Assembly: GCA_965197905.1 (NCBI GenBank)
Contig: CBDAOB010000004.1
Coordinates: forward strand, 1,472,001 to 1,536,000
Origin: Candidatus Latescibacterota bacterium
GTDB taxonomy: Bacteria; Latescibacterota; UBA2968; UBA8231
Direction of reading: 5' to 3'
DNA length: 64,000 bases
Part shown: positions 1 through 9,008 of the stretch, one piece after another
How the letters are laid out: every line of letters begins with the position of its first letter
Position numbering within the stretch: position 1 is the first letter of the stretch
Program-made: the position numbers and the translations under genes
The notes under the pieces: generated by a model
What the model was told of the DNA's origin: nothing
The model's database searches: none
The model's input: the letters and a program-made list of their open reading frames with translations, nothing else

Positions 1-175
1 GTGCAACGCTTGCGATAAGGTGGTCATGATGCGCGATTGCCCCCACGGGCCCGACGATTACCTGATGCTTTCCGGCACCAAGGTGCGAGAGCTCTTGGCC
101 GCCGGCGAGACTCTACCCCCCGAATTTGCACGTCCCGAAGTGGCGGAAATCCTGATGGAGCACTATCAATCCTAG
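1..175 (+). CDS. sat: Sulfate adenylyltransferase, 3' end only (runs off the window start)
   Basis: Not in the ORF track. Frame from nt 2 reads [64 protein letters not shown] and PPEFxRPEV are ATP sulfurylase C-terminal motifs. TAG at 173-175. Confidence 0.88.
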   Translation, partial: CNACDKVVMMRDCPHGPDDYLMLSGTKVRELLAAGETLPPEFARPEVAEILMEHYQS

Positions 176-190
176 TTCACCGGCGGCTGC

Positions 191-1531
191 GTGACCGAAC
201 AGGCCCTTAAGAGTTGCGAACTCCACGTCCATCTTGGTGGCTGTCTCTACGCCGAAGATCTGCTGGAGCTGTGCCGCGACCGTGCCGGCGAGATCGATTG
301 GGAGCTGTACATCGACGCGTACGCCGAATCGTTCGGCACGAGACCCGATCCCCCCGGGTTGATCGCCGCCGCCCGTGCAAGCACCGAGGGTTTCGACCGC
401 TTTCGTCGGCACTATGTCGTGGGCCCGGAAGACGGCGGAGACTTTGCGCGCTTTCAGGCGAAGTTCAATCTTGCCCTCTGTATCTATCGCCACTGGTTGC
501 GAGCAGGCCGCGCGGATGAAGTAACGCGGCACATCATCGATCGACAGCGATCCAACGGATTGGAATTCGCGGAAATCCGCGCCATGTCAGGATCGGCGAC
601 GGATGATCCGGACGCGTTTCTGGGTTTTCACCGTGCTAATGCACAGGTACTGCGCGAGTGCTCGGGGGACGGATTCCAGGGGCGATATATCGTCAGCTTA
701 CCGCGGGGCGAGCCGTTGGCGGGTCTGGCTCTGGTGGAGAAACTGTTGGACACCTCACCTGAACTCATAGCGACCATTGTCGGCCTCGATTTCTGTTTCT
801 TCGAGGAGGGGTACCCACCAAAAACGACGGCCGCTTTTTTTGATCGCCTGAATGCGTTCAACACCAACCATCCGGAACGCGCGCTGGAGGTGGTGTATCA
901 CGTTGGCGAGGTGTTTTTCGATAAGTCGCTGGAAAGTGCCGTCCGCTGGGTGCACGAGGCCGCGGAGCTTGGTGCCCGGCGGTTGGGGCATGCTCTGGCG
1001 CTGGGGATGGAACCGGAGATTGCCGTGGCTCGACGTCCTGAGGCGCACGAATCCGAGCCGGCCGGCGAGCGCGTGGATCAGATCCGCTACGATCTTGCCA
1101 ACAAGAAGATGTTGGAAGAGTGCGGCGTCGAAGTGGATGAGAAAGGGCTAACGGCAGAGCTAGAGGAACTGTCGGGGTGCCCGCCCTGGATGTCGATCTC
1201 GCGCCCCTATTCTTCGCAGCGGCTAGAGGATGTTCGCCGCCGCCAGAACTCGGTGCTGAAGCGTCTCGCGGAGCTGGGCACCGTCATTGAATCCTGCCCC
1301 ACATCCAACCTGCGCATAGCCAGCCTTCCCGACGCGGCCGCGCATCCTCTGGTCCGCTTCCTCCAGGCCGGCGTACAGGTCGTCATCGGTGCGGACGACC
1401 CCGGTGTGTTTGACGTCACCCTGGAAAGCGAAATCGACTGGGCCTTCGAACATATCGATATGGAACCTGCCCAACTGGTGGAGCGGTTGGGGGATCCGCA
1501 CCGCCATCGACTTGGCGCGCACCGCGATTAG
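191..1531 (+). CDS. Adenosine/AMP deaminase-family metallo-amidohydrolase with a large insertion
   Basis: ELHVHLGG (HxH), YHVGE, RRLGH, ESCPTSN and GADDPG motifs of the ADA fold; 446 aa; GTG start 15 nt after sat. Confidence 0.85.
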   Translation: MTEQALKSCELHVHLGGCLYAEDLLELCRDRAGEIDWELYIDAYAESFGTRPDPPGLIAAARASTEGFDRFRRHYVVGPEDGGDFARFQAKFNLALCIYRHWLRAGRADEVTRHIIDRQRSNGLEFAEIRAMSGSATDDPDAFLGFHRANAQVLRECSGDGFQGRYIVSLPRGEPLAGLALVEKLLDTSPELIATIVGLDFCFFEEGYPPKTTAAFFDRLNAFNTNHPERALEVVYHVGEVFFDKSLESAVRWVHEAAELGARRLGHALALGMEPEIAVARRPEAHESEPAGERVDQIRYDLANKKMLEECGVEVDEKGLTAELEELSGCPPWMSISRPYSSQRLEDVRRRQNSVLKRLAELGTVIESCPTSNLRIASLPDAAAHPLVRFLQAGVQVVIGADDPGVFDVTLESEIDWAFEHIDMEPAQLVERLGDPHRHRLGAHRD

Positions 1532-1570
1532 TCGCTGATCCCGCCCACCCGGCACACATCGAACCCCGTT

Positions 1571-2188
1571 TTACCGTTGCAGTCCCGGGAGCTCGATCTC
1601 CCCCGCGGCAATCCGTTGCAACGTTTCGGCGTAGAGAAGATGCTCCTGGGTCAAAACGCGAGCCGCCAAATCCTCGGGGGTGTCTTCCGCAAGCACCGGA
1701 ACCGTTTTTTGGGCGACGATAGGTCCAGTATCATACTCCGCGTCCACCAGGTGAACGGTGGCTCCGCTCTCTAGCTCCCCCGCCGCGAGAACCGCACCAT
1801 GCACGGCCGCACCGTAGAACCCCTTGCCTCCGAACTTCGGTAAGAGCGCTGGATGAATGTTCAAGATGCGGCCTTGGAAGGCGCTGAGGGTGCGGGGACC
1901 AAGGCGTTTCATGTAGCCGCAAAGGCAGACAACCTTGGATTCGTTGTCGGCAAGCGCGCCACAGATCGCCCGGTCCAGGTCCTCGGGATCGGGGTGGGTG
2001 CGGCTGCTGAGGTGAACCGCTGGTACGCCGGCGCGACGCGCTCGAGCCAACGCCCCGGAGGCGGAATTGTTGCTGATGATCACTCGCGGTTCGGCGTGCA
2101 GCCTGCCTGCGGCGCAGGCATCGAGAATCGCCTGGAGATTGGTGCCACCGTGGGAGGCTAGGAATCCCAGCTGCAGCCTGTCCGTCAT
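1571..2188 (-). CDS. purN: Phosphoribosylglycinamide formyltransferase
   Basis: ASHGGTNLQA, LNIHPALLP and GATVHLV..EYDTGPI motifs; 205 aa. Confidence 0.95.
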   Translation of the reverse strand: MTDRLQLGFLASHGGTNLQAILDACAAGRLHAEPRVIISNNSASGALARARRAGVPAVHLSSRTHPDPEDLDRAICGALADNESKVVCLCGYMKRLGPRTLSAFQGRILNIHPALLPKFGGKGFYGAAVHGAVLAAGELESGATVHLVDAEYDTGPIVAQKTVPVLAEDTPEDLAARVLTQEHLLYAETLQRIAAGEIELPGLQR

Positions 2189-2238
2189 CGCCTATGCGCA
2201 CCTTCCAAGGCGCATCGAATCCGTTGCAGAAACGTGGG

Positions 2239-2589
2239 TCACAGGATCTCCAGCACCTGTTCGGGGGGCCGGCCCAATCTCGCTTTGTCGCCTGCGACGA
2301 CGATAGGCCGCTCGATTAAAATCGGATTCTCCGTCATCGCGGCGATCAGCTGCTCGTTGGTGACGTCGGCCCCACCCAGCTGCAACTCTGCGAAGACCGA
2401 CTCCTTGGTGCGCATCAACTCCAAGGGATCCATTCCGAGCTGGGTGAGCAACCTCCTTAGGGTCTTGGTGTCTGGGGGCGTTTTGAGGTAGTCGATCACC
2501 TCCGGTTCGAGCCCTTTTTTCTGGAGTAGCGCAAGAGTTTGGCGACTCTTTGAACAGCGGGGGTTGTGATAAATTTCAAGCTTCGACAT
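2239..2589 (-). CDS. arsC: ArsC-family (glutaredoxin-type) arsenate reductase
   Basis: YHNPRCSKSR, LMR and LIERPIV motifs. Start moved to the ATG at 2589 (MSKLEIY), which has an upstream GAGGA; 116 aa. Confidence 0.88.
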   Translation of the reverse strand: MSKLEIYHNPRCSKSRQTLALLQKKGLEPEVIDYLKTPPDTKTLRRLLTQLGMDPLELMRTKESVFAELQLGGADVTNEQLIAAMTENPILIERPIVVAGDKARLGRPPEQVLEIL

Positions 2590-2647
2590 GTGATCCTCGT
2601 TCGCAGCAAGGAGAGCATCGGCACGTGCAGCGCGGAAAGACGGCCCT

Positions 2648-5113
2648 TCAGGGTTCCGCATCAAGCACCCGGCGGATCTCCGGAGCACGGGGGTGGTCTG
2701 GTTGTAGCTCCAGTACTCGTCGCAGGCAGCGATGGGCATCTACCGGCTGGTCCAGGTGGTGGAGATAGGTCAGTCCCAGGTTGAAATACGCCTTGGCATA
2801 GGCGGGATCCAGTTCGGTTGCCTTCTGCCACGACTGAATCGCCGCTTTGTAGACGCTGCCCAGGCTATTGTAGCCGCGCGCATCCGAGGAATCCAGAGCG
2901 ACAGCCGCTTTCCAGTGGTTTAGGGCTGCCTCGAACTGGCCGTCCCCGTAGAGCACCACCCCCATGTTGTAGTGCGTCGCCGCGTGCTGCGGGCGAATCT
3001 CAAGCGCGGTCCGCCAGTGATCCATCGCCTCGCTGGTTAAACGCATATCGAAGGCGTAGGTCAGTCCCAGATTATAATGGGTGTCGGCGTTGCGCGGATC
3101 GAGTTCGGCCACCCGGCGCCAGTGGTGGATGGCAAGCTCCGGTCGGCCCTGGGCCCGGTGCTCGGCGCCGAGATGTTGGTGGCTTGGCAGGTGGTCCGCG
3201 TCTGCCGCCAGCGCCGCCTGCCAGCTGGGGATCGCCCGTTGCGGCTGATTCAGATCGAAACGATAAACCAGGCCCTGGTTGAAATAGGCGTCCGCCATGT
3301 TCGGATCCACGGCGAGCGCCTTCTCCCAGTACCGAAGGGCCTCACGGAAATGGCCCAGGCGCCGAAAGGCGATGCCGGCATCGTTGTAGAAACGCGGATC
3401 TGCGAAACTGGGATCGCGCCGCGCCGCTGCAAACGCCAGGGGGGCGAATTCGTCGGGCGCGCCTTCGTCGAGAGCCGACTTGGCGGCGCGACGGCTTGCG
3501 GCGGCGAGCAGAACGTGGGCCGACTGTTTTGGGCGCGGTCGGGCGTTCGCCGCAGTGCGCCAAATCTGCACCGCGGGGCCGCTTTGGCTGAGCGCGCCGA
3601 AGTTGCCCAACGGGATATAAAAGGCGTCGATCGGGTCGTACTGTGGACGCGAAACATCGAGGCCCTCAGGGTCAAAAACCGCCACTCGCGATCCCACCTG
3701 TGCAAGCCCAATCTCCAGGTTCCTATCGGCGCTGGAATCGGAGAGCGGATGATCGAGTAGAATGACATACTCGCACTCGAAATCCTCGACAGTCTCGATA
3801 CTCCCGGCGCTCAACTCGCGGTTACCATGCTGAACGACGTAGCTGAAGAACGGTTTTTCAGGGTTCTCCCGCTCCAGGAAGGGGAGCAGCGCATCCATAT
3901 CGCGCTCGTCCAGATTGCGCAGCGCCTTCTGCCGCTTCCACCAAAGATGCTCGAAGGTCTCAACCGGCACATTGCCGGCCCAGCCACCGAAGTTGCAACA
4001 GCGAGCGCCCGGAGCCGCGTTCCGCTCCATCCAGCTTCTGGCCTGGTGCCGCGTGTCCTCGCTGGCTTGTAACTGCGCGACGCGCACCGATCCGTAAAGC
4101 GGTTCGATCAGAAGAGCCAGGAACAGTACTGCTCGCCAGCGCAGATAGGGGATCTGTTTGGCCAGGCCGATGCCTGCAAAAGCCGCCAGCACGACCCACA
4201 CCTCGGCTTGTTTTTGCCGAAAGACCTGCAGCCCCACGGCGATGGCGCCGGCGGCCAACCCGAGATAACCGAGACTGTGTCGCAGGCTGAAGGTGAGATG
4301 GTGCCACCAGGCAAGGTCTCCGCCCCCGCGCCCACTGCGGGCGTGCACAGTCTGGAACAGGAAATGGGCTTTGAAGGTGGCAAAGTCCAAGAGTAGATAG
4401 GGGGAGGTTGCCAGAAAGAGCGCGGCGGCCGCGAGGGGCGCCACCCACAGACGACCCTGCAGCACCGATCGGCGCGCGCACAGGTGCGCCACCGGAATGG
4501 CCAGGCCGACGGCAGCGCCGGGATATTTCGTGCTCGCCGCCAGACCGACCAGGGCGCCGGCCAGCAGGTAGTCCCGGGTGCGGTCGACGGTCAGGAGTCG
4601 CACCGCCGCCCAGGTGGCTCCCACAACCCAGAAGGCCATAGGTACGTCAACAGCCGCCAGCGGAGTCTGACGCACGTGAAGAACGCTGACCGCCAGGAGC
4701 CCCGCTGCGGCCAGGGCGGCTCCCTCCCCTCCCACCCTCTTCACCAGGCGATACACCCACCAGATCGTTAGCGTCGAAAAGCAGACACTTGCCAGCCTGG
4801 CCAGCAGCAACAGCGAATCGGTGTCGAAAAAGGTGTGGTAAGCGGTAAACTCGGACGCCGTCCAATTGCGGCCGAGCACCTTTCCTACGATGAAATAGGC
4901 GGCGTAGAGCAGTCCGAGGAGATAGAAGTGGAACGTAGGTTTATGGAAGGAGTGCGGATTGAGATCCCCGCTGAAAAAGTTCAGCGGGTAAACCACCAGA
5001 AAGATTTCGTCGGGGTGCTCGGCGGGGGATCCGAAGGCCAAACCCCACAAACGCAGCCCCACCGCAGCGGCGAGTATCGCTGGAAACGCCCAGTTCCTCA
5101 ATCTATCCAACAC
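2648..5113 (-). CDS. GT-C (PMT/ArnT-like) membrane glycosyltransferase fused to about 7 C-terminal TPR repeats
   Basis: N-terminal TM followed by an HPDE acidic loop, multiple TM helices, STKY motif, a soluble domain, then repeated YxNLG...A...W..A..LDP TPR units; 821 aa. Confidence 0.82.
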   Translation of the reverse strand: MLDRLRNWAFPAILAAAVGLRLWGLAFGSPAEHPDEIFLVVYPLNFFSGDLNPHSFHKPTFHFYLLGLLYAAYFIVGKVLGRNWTASEFTAYHTFFDTDSLLLLARLASVCFSTLTIWWVYRLVKRVGGEGAALAAAGLLAVSVLHVRQTPLAAVDVPMAFWVVGATWAAVRLLTVDRTRDYLLAGALVGLAASTKYPGAAVGLAIPVAHLCARRSVLQGRLWVAPLAAAALFLATSPYLLLDFATFKAHFLFQTVHARSGRGGGDLAWWHHLTFSLRHSLGYLGLAAGAIAVGLQVFRQKQAEVWVVLAAFAGIGLAKQIPYLRWRAVLFLALLIEPLYGSVRVAQLQASEDTRHQARSWMERNAAPGARCCNFGGWAGNVPVETFEHLWWKRQKALRNLDERDMDALLPFLERENPEKPFFSYVVQHGNRELSAGSIETVEDFECEYVILLDHPLSDSSADRNLEIGLAQVGSRVAVFDPEGLDVSRPQYDPIDAFYIPLGNFGALSQSGPAVQIWRTAANARPRPKQSAHVLLAAASRRAAKSALDEGAPDEFAPLAFAAARRDPSFADPRFYNDAGIAFRRLGHFREALRYWEKALAVDPNMADAYFNQGLVYRFDLNQPQRAIPSWQAALAADADHLPSHQHLGAEHRAQGRPELAIHHWRRVAELDPRNADTHYNLGLTYAFDMRLTSEAMDHWRTALEIRPQHAATHYNMGVVLYGDGQFEAALNHWKAAVALDSSDARGYNSLGSVYKAAIQSWQKATELDPAYAKAYFNLGLTYLHHLDQPVDAHRCLRRVLELQPDHPRAPEIRRVLDAEP

Positions 5114-5131
5114 CGTCGCGGTTGGGCTGGA

Positions 5132-7825
5132 CTAGGATGCTGCCATGCGCCTCAGAACGGTATGCAGGATTCCGCCGTTGCGGTAGTAGTTGATCTCCAC
5201 CGGAGTATCGATGCGACAAAGGGTTGAGAAACTCGAGCTTTGGTCACCGAGCTTCGCCCTCACCTCAAGCAGCTGTCCCGGCTTCAGATCGTCGTCTAGT
5301 CCGTCGAAGTCGAAGAGCTCTTCACCGGTAAGGCGGAGGCTCTCGCGACTCTCGCCCTCGACGAACTGGAGCGGCAGGATGCCCATCCCGATTAGATTGG
5401 AGCGGTGAATACGTTCGTAGCTCTCGGCGATAACAACCTTGACCCCCTGCAAGAACGGTCCTTTGGCCGCCCAGTCGCGACTGGAGCCAGTACCGTACTC
5501 CTTGCCGGCCAGGATGACCAACGGCGTCCCATCCGCGACATGTTTGGCCGCGGCGTCGTAGATGGCCAGCGGCTCCGCCTCGTCCAGGTATCGGGTATAC
5601 CCGCCCTCGACGCCCGGTACCATCTCGTTGCGGATACGGATGTTGGCGAAGGTGCCACGCATCATCACCTCGTGGTTGCCGCGGCGGGATCCGTAGCTGT
5701 TCCAGTCGCTGCGATCCACACCGCGTTCTTCGAGATAGCCGGCAGCCGGGCTTCCTTGGGCGATCGCCCCCGCCGGCGATATGTGGTCAGTCGTCACGCT
5801 ATCGGCCAGCCGGGCAAGCACCCGGCCGCCTGAAATCGGCTGAATCGGATCTACCTCGGAGGTGAGGCCGGCGAAGAAGGTGGGCCGGCGGATGTAGGTG
5901 CTGGACTCATCCCAGGCGTAACGTTCGCCGGTGGCGACGCTGATCGCGTTCCAGGTCTGGTTGCCGCTGAAAACGTCGGCGTACTCCTCTTCGAACATCT
6001 TGGGCTGTACGGCGCGGGCGACTTCAGCGCGAATCTCTTGCTGCGGCGGCCAGATGTCAGCCAACAGAACCTCGCGGCCTTCGCGGTCGATGCCAAGCGG
6101 CTCGCGAGTCAAGTCGATATCGGTGCGGCCTGCCAGGGCGTAGGCGACCACGAGAGGGGGAGAGGCTAAAAAATTTGCCCGGGCCAGTGGATGCACGCGG
6201 CCTTCGAAGTTGCGGTTGCCGCTCAGAACGCTGCAGGCCACCAGATCGTTCTCCTCGATTGCGTTTTCGATTTCGCTGCGCAGGGGACCGGAATTCCCGA
6301 TGCAGGTGGTACAGCCGTACCCTACGGTGTGGAAACCCAAGGTCGCCAGATCATCCACCAGATCCGACTCTTCCAGATAACGCGTCACTACACGTGAGCC
6401 GGGTGCCAGACTGGTTTTCACATAGGGTGGAACCGAGAGTCCACGTTTCACCGCATTTCGCGCCAGCAGGCCGGCGCCGATCATCACGCTGGGATTGCTC
6501 GTATTGGTGCACGAGGTGATTGCGGCTATTACCACGGCCCCGTCGAACAGCTCGGTTGCCGTTCCGTCCACCTCGAGGGCGACGCGTTTTGATCCAGATT
6601 GGCGCTCGTACTTCTCCCCCAGCAGGGTCTCGAAAGAAGATTTCATGGCGGGCAGCGGGACCCGATCCTGCGGGCGGGTTGGACCGGCGAGGCTAGGTTC
6701 CACCGAACCCATGTCCAGGCTCAGCTGCTCACTGAAACGCGGTTCCGCCTCGGTGCTGGTGTAATAGGTGCCCTGAGCCTCGTTGTAAGCCCTGACGCGG
6801 TCGATGACCGCCTTTTTGCGGCTGGTCTGCTCGAGGTACGCGAGGGTTTCCTCATCCACCGGGAAGAGGCCCACGGTGGCGCCATATTCCGGGGCCATAT
6901 TGGCGATGGTGGCGCGATCAGCGAGGCTGAGGCGTTGCAGCCCCGGTCCGTAGAACTCCACGAACTTGCCGACGACACCGTGTTTTCGCAGCATCTGGGT
7001 CACGGTCAACACCAGGTCCGTGGCCGTGGTCCCGGGTGGCAGCTCGCCTTCCAGTTTGAAGCCGACCACGTGCGGCATAAGCATATAGATCGGCTGCCCC
7101 AACATCACGGCTTCCGCTTCGATCCCACCCACACCCCAGCCGACGACGCCAAGACCGTTGATCATGGTGGTATGGCTGTCGGTACCGACGAGGCTGTCTG
7201 GAAAGTAGACCTGCTGCCCGTCTGCCCCCACCTGCGACTGTACCACCGATGCGAGGTACTCCAGGTTGACCTGATGTACGATACCGGTGGCCGGCGGCAC
7301 GACACTGAAATTGTCGAATGCCTCCTGTCCCCAGCGAAGGAACTCGTAGCGTTCCTTGTTGCGCGTAAACTCCCGCTCCGCATTCAACTGCAGGGCGCGG
7401 GACTGTCCATAGTGATCTACCTGGACGGAATGATCGATCACCAGGTCGACCGGGATAAGGGGATTGACGCGTTTCGGATCGCCACCGAGGTCGGCCATGG
7501 CATCGCGCATCGTCGCCAGATCGACTACCGCCGGAACCCCGGTAAAGTCTTGCATGACCACGCGGCCGGGTTTGAACGGTATCTCTTCTTTTCCGGCCGT
7601 TTCCGGACTCCATTGGGCGATGCGGGTCACATCCTCCTCGGTAATCTCGAAGCCGTCGCATTGCCTGAGTGCAGCTTCCAGCAGAACCTTTATGGAGTAC
7701 GGCAAGCGGCCGATGTCGGCGATGCCGTCTTCCTCCAATTTCTGGATGCGATATATGGACCCCGTGCCATCACTGGTCTCAAGCGTCGCCCGGGCGCCGA
7801 AGCTGTCGTTGTTGTCGGTTGCCAT
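5132..7825 (-). CDS. acnA: Aconitate hydratase A
   Basis: [40 protein letters not shown] and [10 protein letters not shown] motifs; 897 aa. Confidence 0.98.
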   Translation of the reverse strand: MATDNNDSFGARATLETSDGTGSIYRIQKLEEDGIADIGRLPYSIKVLLEAALRQCDGFEITEEDVTRIAQWSPETAGKEEIPFKPGRVVMQDFTGVPAVVDLATMRDAMADLGGDPKRVNPLIPVDLVIDHSVQVDHYGQSRALQLNAEREFTRNKERYEFLRWGQEAFDNFSVVPPATGIVHQVNLEYLASVVQSQVGADGQQVYFPDSLVGTDSHTTMINGLGVVGWGVGGIEAEAVMLGQPIYMLMPHVVGFKLEGELPPGTTATDLVLTVTQMLRKHGVVGKFVEFYGPGLQRLSLADRATIANMAPEYGATVGLFPVDEETLAYLEQTSRKKAVIDRVRAYNEAQGTYYTSTEAEPRFSEQLSLDMGSVEPSLAGPTRPQDRVPLPAMKSSFETLLGEKYERQSGSKRVALEVDGTATELFDGAVVIAAITSCTNTSNPSVMIGAGLLARNAVKRGLSVPPYVKTSLAPGSRVVTRYLEESDLVDDLATLGFHTVGYGCTTCIGNSGPLRSEIENAIEENDLVACSVLSGNRNFEGRVHPLARANFLASPPLVVAYALAGRTDIDLTREPLGIDREGREVLLADIWPPQQEIRAEVARAVQPKMFEEEYADVFSGNQTWNAISVATGERYAWDESSTYIRRPTFFAGLTSEVDPIQPISGGRVLARLADSVTTDHISPAGAIAQGSPAAGYLEERGVDRSDWNSYGSRRGNHEVMMRGTFANIRIRNEMVPGVEGGYTRYLDEAEPLAIYDAAAKHVADGTPLVILAGKEYGTGSSRDWAAKGPFLQGVKVVIAESYERIHRSNLIGMGILPLQFVEGESRESLRLTGEELFDFDGLDDDLKPGQLLEVRAKLGDQSSSFSTLCRIDTPVEINYYRNGGILHTVLRRMAAS

Positions 7826-7934
7826 GCTGCATCTCCGTCTTCGCGCGGGCGCCTGTGGTCGTGCGGATGCCCGGGTCGGGGTGTGGCTAATTGTTTATGC
7901 GGGAACAACCTACCTCAGGTTTGAGGAGCTATTG

Positions 7935-7962
7935 AAGGTACTTCTGACCCGCGGGAAGTCAA
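7935..7962 (-). promoter_or_regulatory. Putative sigma70 promoter for acnA
   Basis: Minus strand TTGACT-N16-TACCTT, about 110 nt upstream of the acnA start. Confidence 0.45.
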
Positions 7963-8003
7963 GTAATTCGGGCCTGTTGCGCCTCCTGGTGCCGGCGCTA
8001 CTA

Positions 8004-8894
8004 TCAGGTCAATTTTGCAACCTGGGCGCCTTCGGTAGGTACTTGCAGAAGATCTTCACCGTAGATGATATCGCCGTTGAAAACGGTGCTGGCCTCGGCA
8101 ACGATGCGTTCGCGCACACCTGGACCTTCCATTTGTTCGGTCAGATGAACCAGCACCAGGGTGTCCACCCCCGCTTCCTTGGCCGATCTCGCCGCATCCA
8201 GATGGCCCGAGCAAAACCCGGTCATACGCGGATCACTGACTACTCCGTTCAGAAAATGGCACATGTGAATAAGGATGTTGGCCCCGCGGGAAAGCTCCAC
8301 AAGAGCCTCGGTGGGTGCCGTATCACCTCCGAAAACGATGGAAGTTCCCCGGGTCTCAACGCGATAAGCCAGGCAGGTCAGTTGAGGTTGCACGTGAACC
8401 ACTTCGGCCACCTGCAGAGACCATTCTCCCCGGTCCAGCGCGCTACCGTGTGCGACCTCCTCCACGTCGGGGACAGGCAACTCTCGAGGCAGGATTCCGC
8501 CCCGCGCCTCGTAGATGAATTGGCTTCCCGGATGCTGGGTGCGAGCCTCAAGATCGCGGGCGAAGGCTCCTTCCGAACCCAACAGTCGGTCTGTCATGGT
8601 CTTCGTTCCCGGTGGGCCGATCACCGCCAGTTCCTTTATCTTGCCTGCCCCTTGATCCCAGCGGGTGAGCGCGAAGTAGGCAAAATCGACGCAATGGTCG
8701 TAGTGCAGATGGGTTAGCAGCAAGGTGTCGATCTGTGTAAGGTCCTCTTGTTTCTGCAACAGACGCCGCACGATGCCCGGACCGCAGTCGACCAGAATCC
8801 TCTCATGGTCTACGGTCAGCAGATAGCCCGATCCTGCCCGGTGGGTGAGCGGTGTCGGCGTCCCGGTGCCCATGAGGTGCAATTCCACAGTCAT
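8004..8894 (-). CDS. MBL-fold metallo-hydrolase (RNase Z/AtsA-like)
   Basis: LMGTGTP, LVDCG, THLHYDH, GGDT and LVH motifs. Start taken at the ATG at 8894 (MTVELHL). Confidence 0.85.
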   Translation of the reverse strand: MTVELHLMGTGTPTPLTHRAGSGYLLTVDHERILVDCGPGIVRRLLQKQEDLTQIDTLLLTHLHYDHCVDFAYFALTRWDQGAGKIKELAVIGPPGTKTMTDRLLGSEGAFARDLEARTQHPGSQFIYEARGGILPRELPVPDVEEVAHGSALDRGEWSLQVAEVVHVQPQLTCLAYRVETRGTSIVFGGDTAPTEALVELSRGANILIHMCHFLNGVVSDPRMTGFCSGHLDAARSAKEAGVDTLVLVHLTEQMEGPGVRERIVAEASTVFNGDIIYGEDLLQVPTEGAQVAKLT

Positions 8895-9008
8895 TCGAGT
8901 ACTCCGGATGTTTTTGCGACCGGCGGATTTTGCGTACAATCATCCCGTCGATTTCTGTGAGTTCCGAGGTCGAAAGGTATCATTGATCACCACCTGCCTC
9001 AACCGATC

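Noticed and set aside
191..1531. Complete RADAR defence system
   Set aside because: No adjacent RdrA-like ATPase; the flanks are sat and purN, and the protein is much shorter than RdrB as I recall it.
2239..2589. Arsenic resistance operon
   Set aside because: arsC-like gene only; no arsR, arsB or acr3 nearby.
6599..7924. 441-aa ORF on + (and the 417-aa ORF at 7464-8717)
   Set aside because: Antisense shadows of acnA and the MBL gene, as expected in high-GC coding DNA; no motifs.
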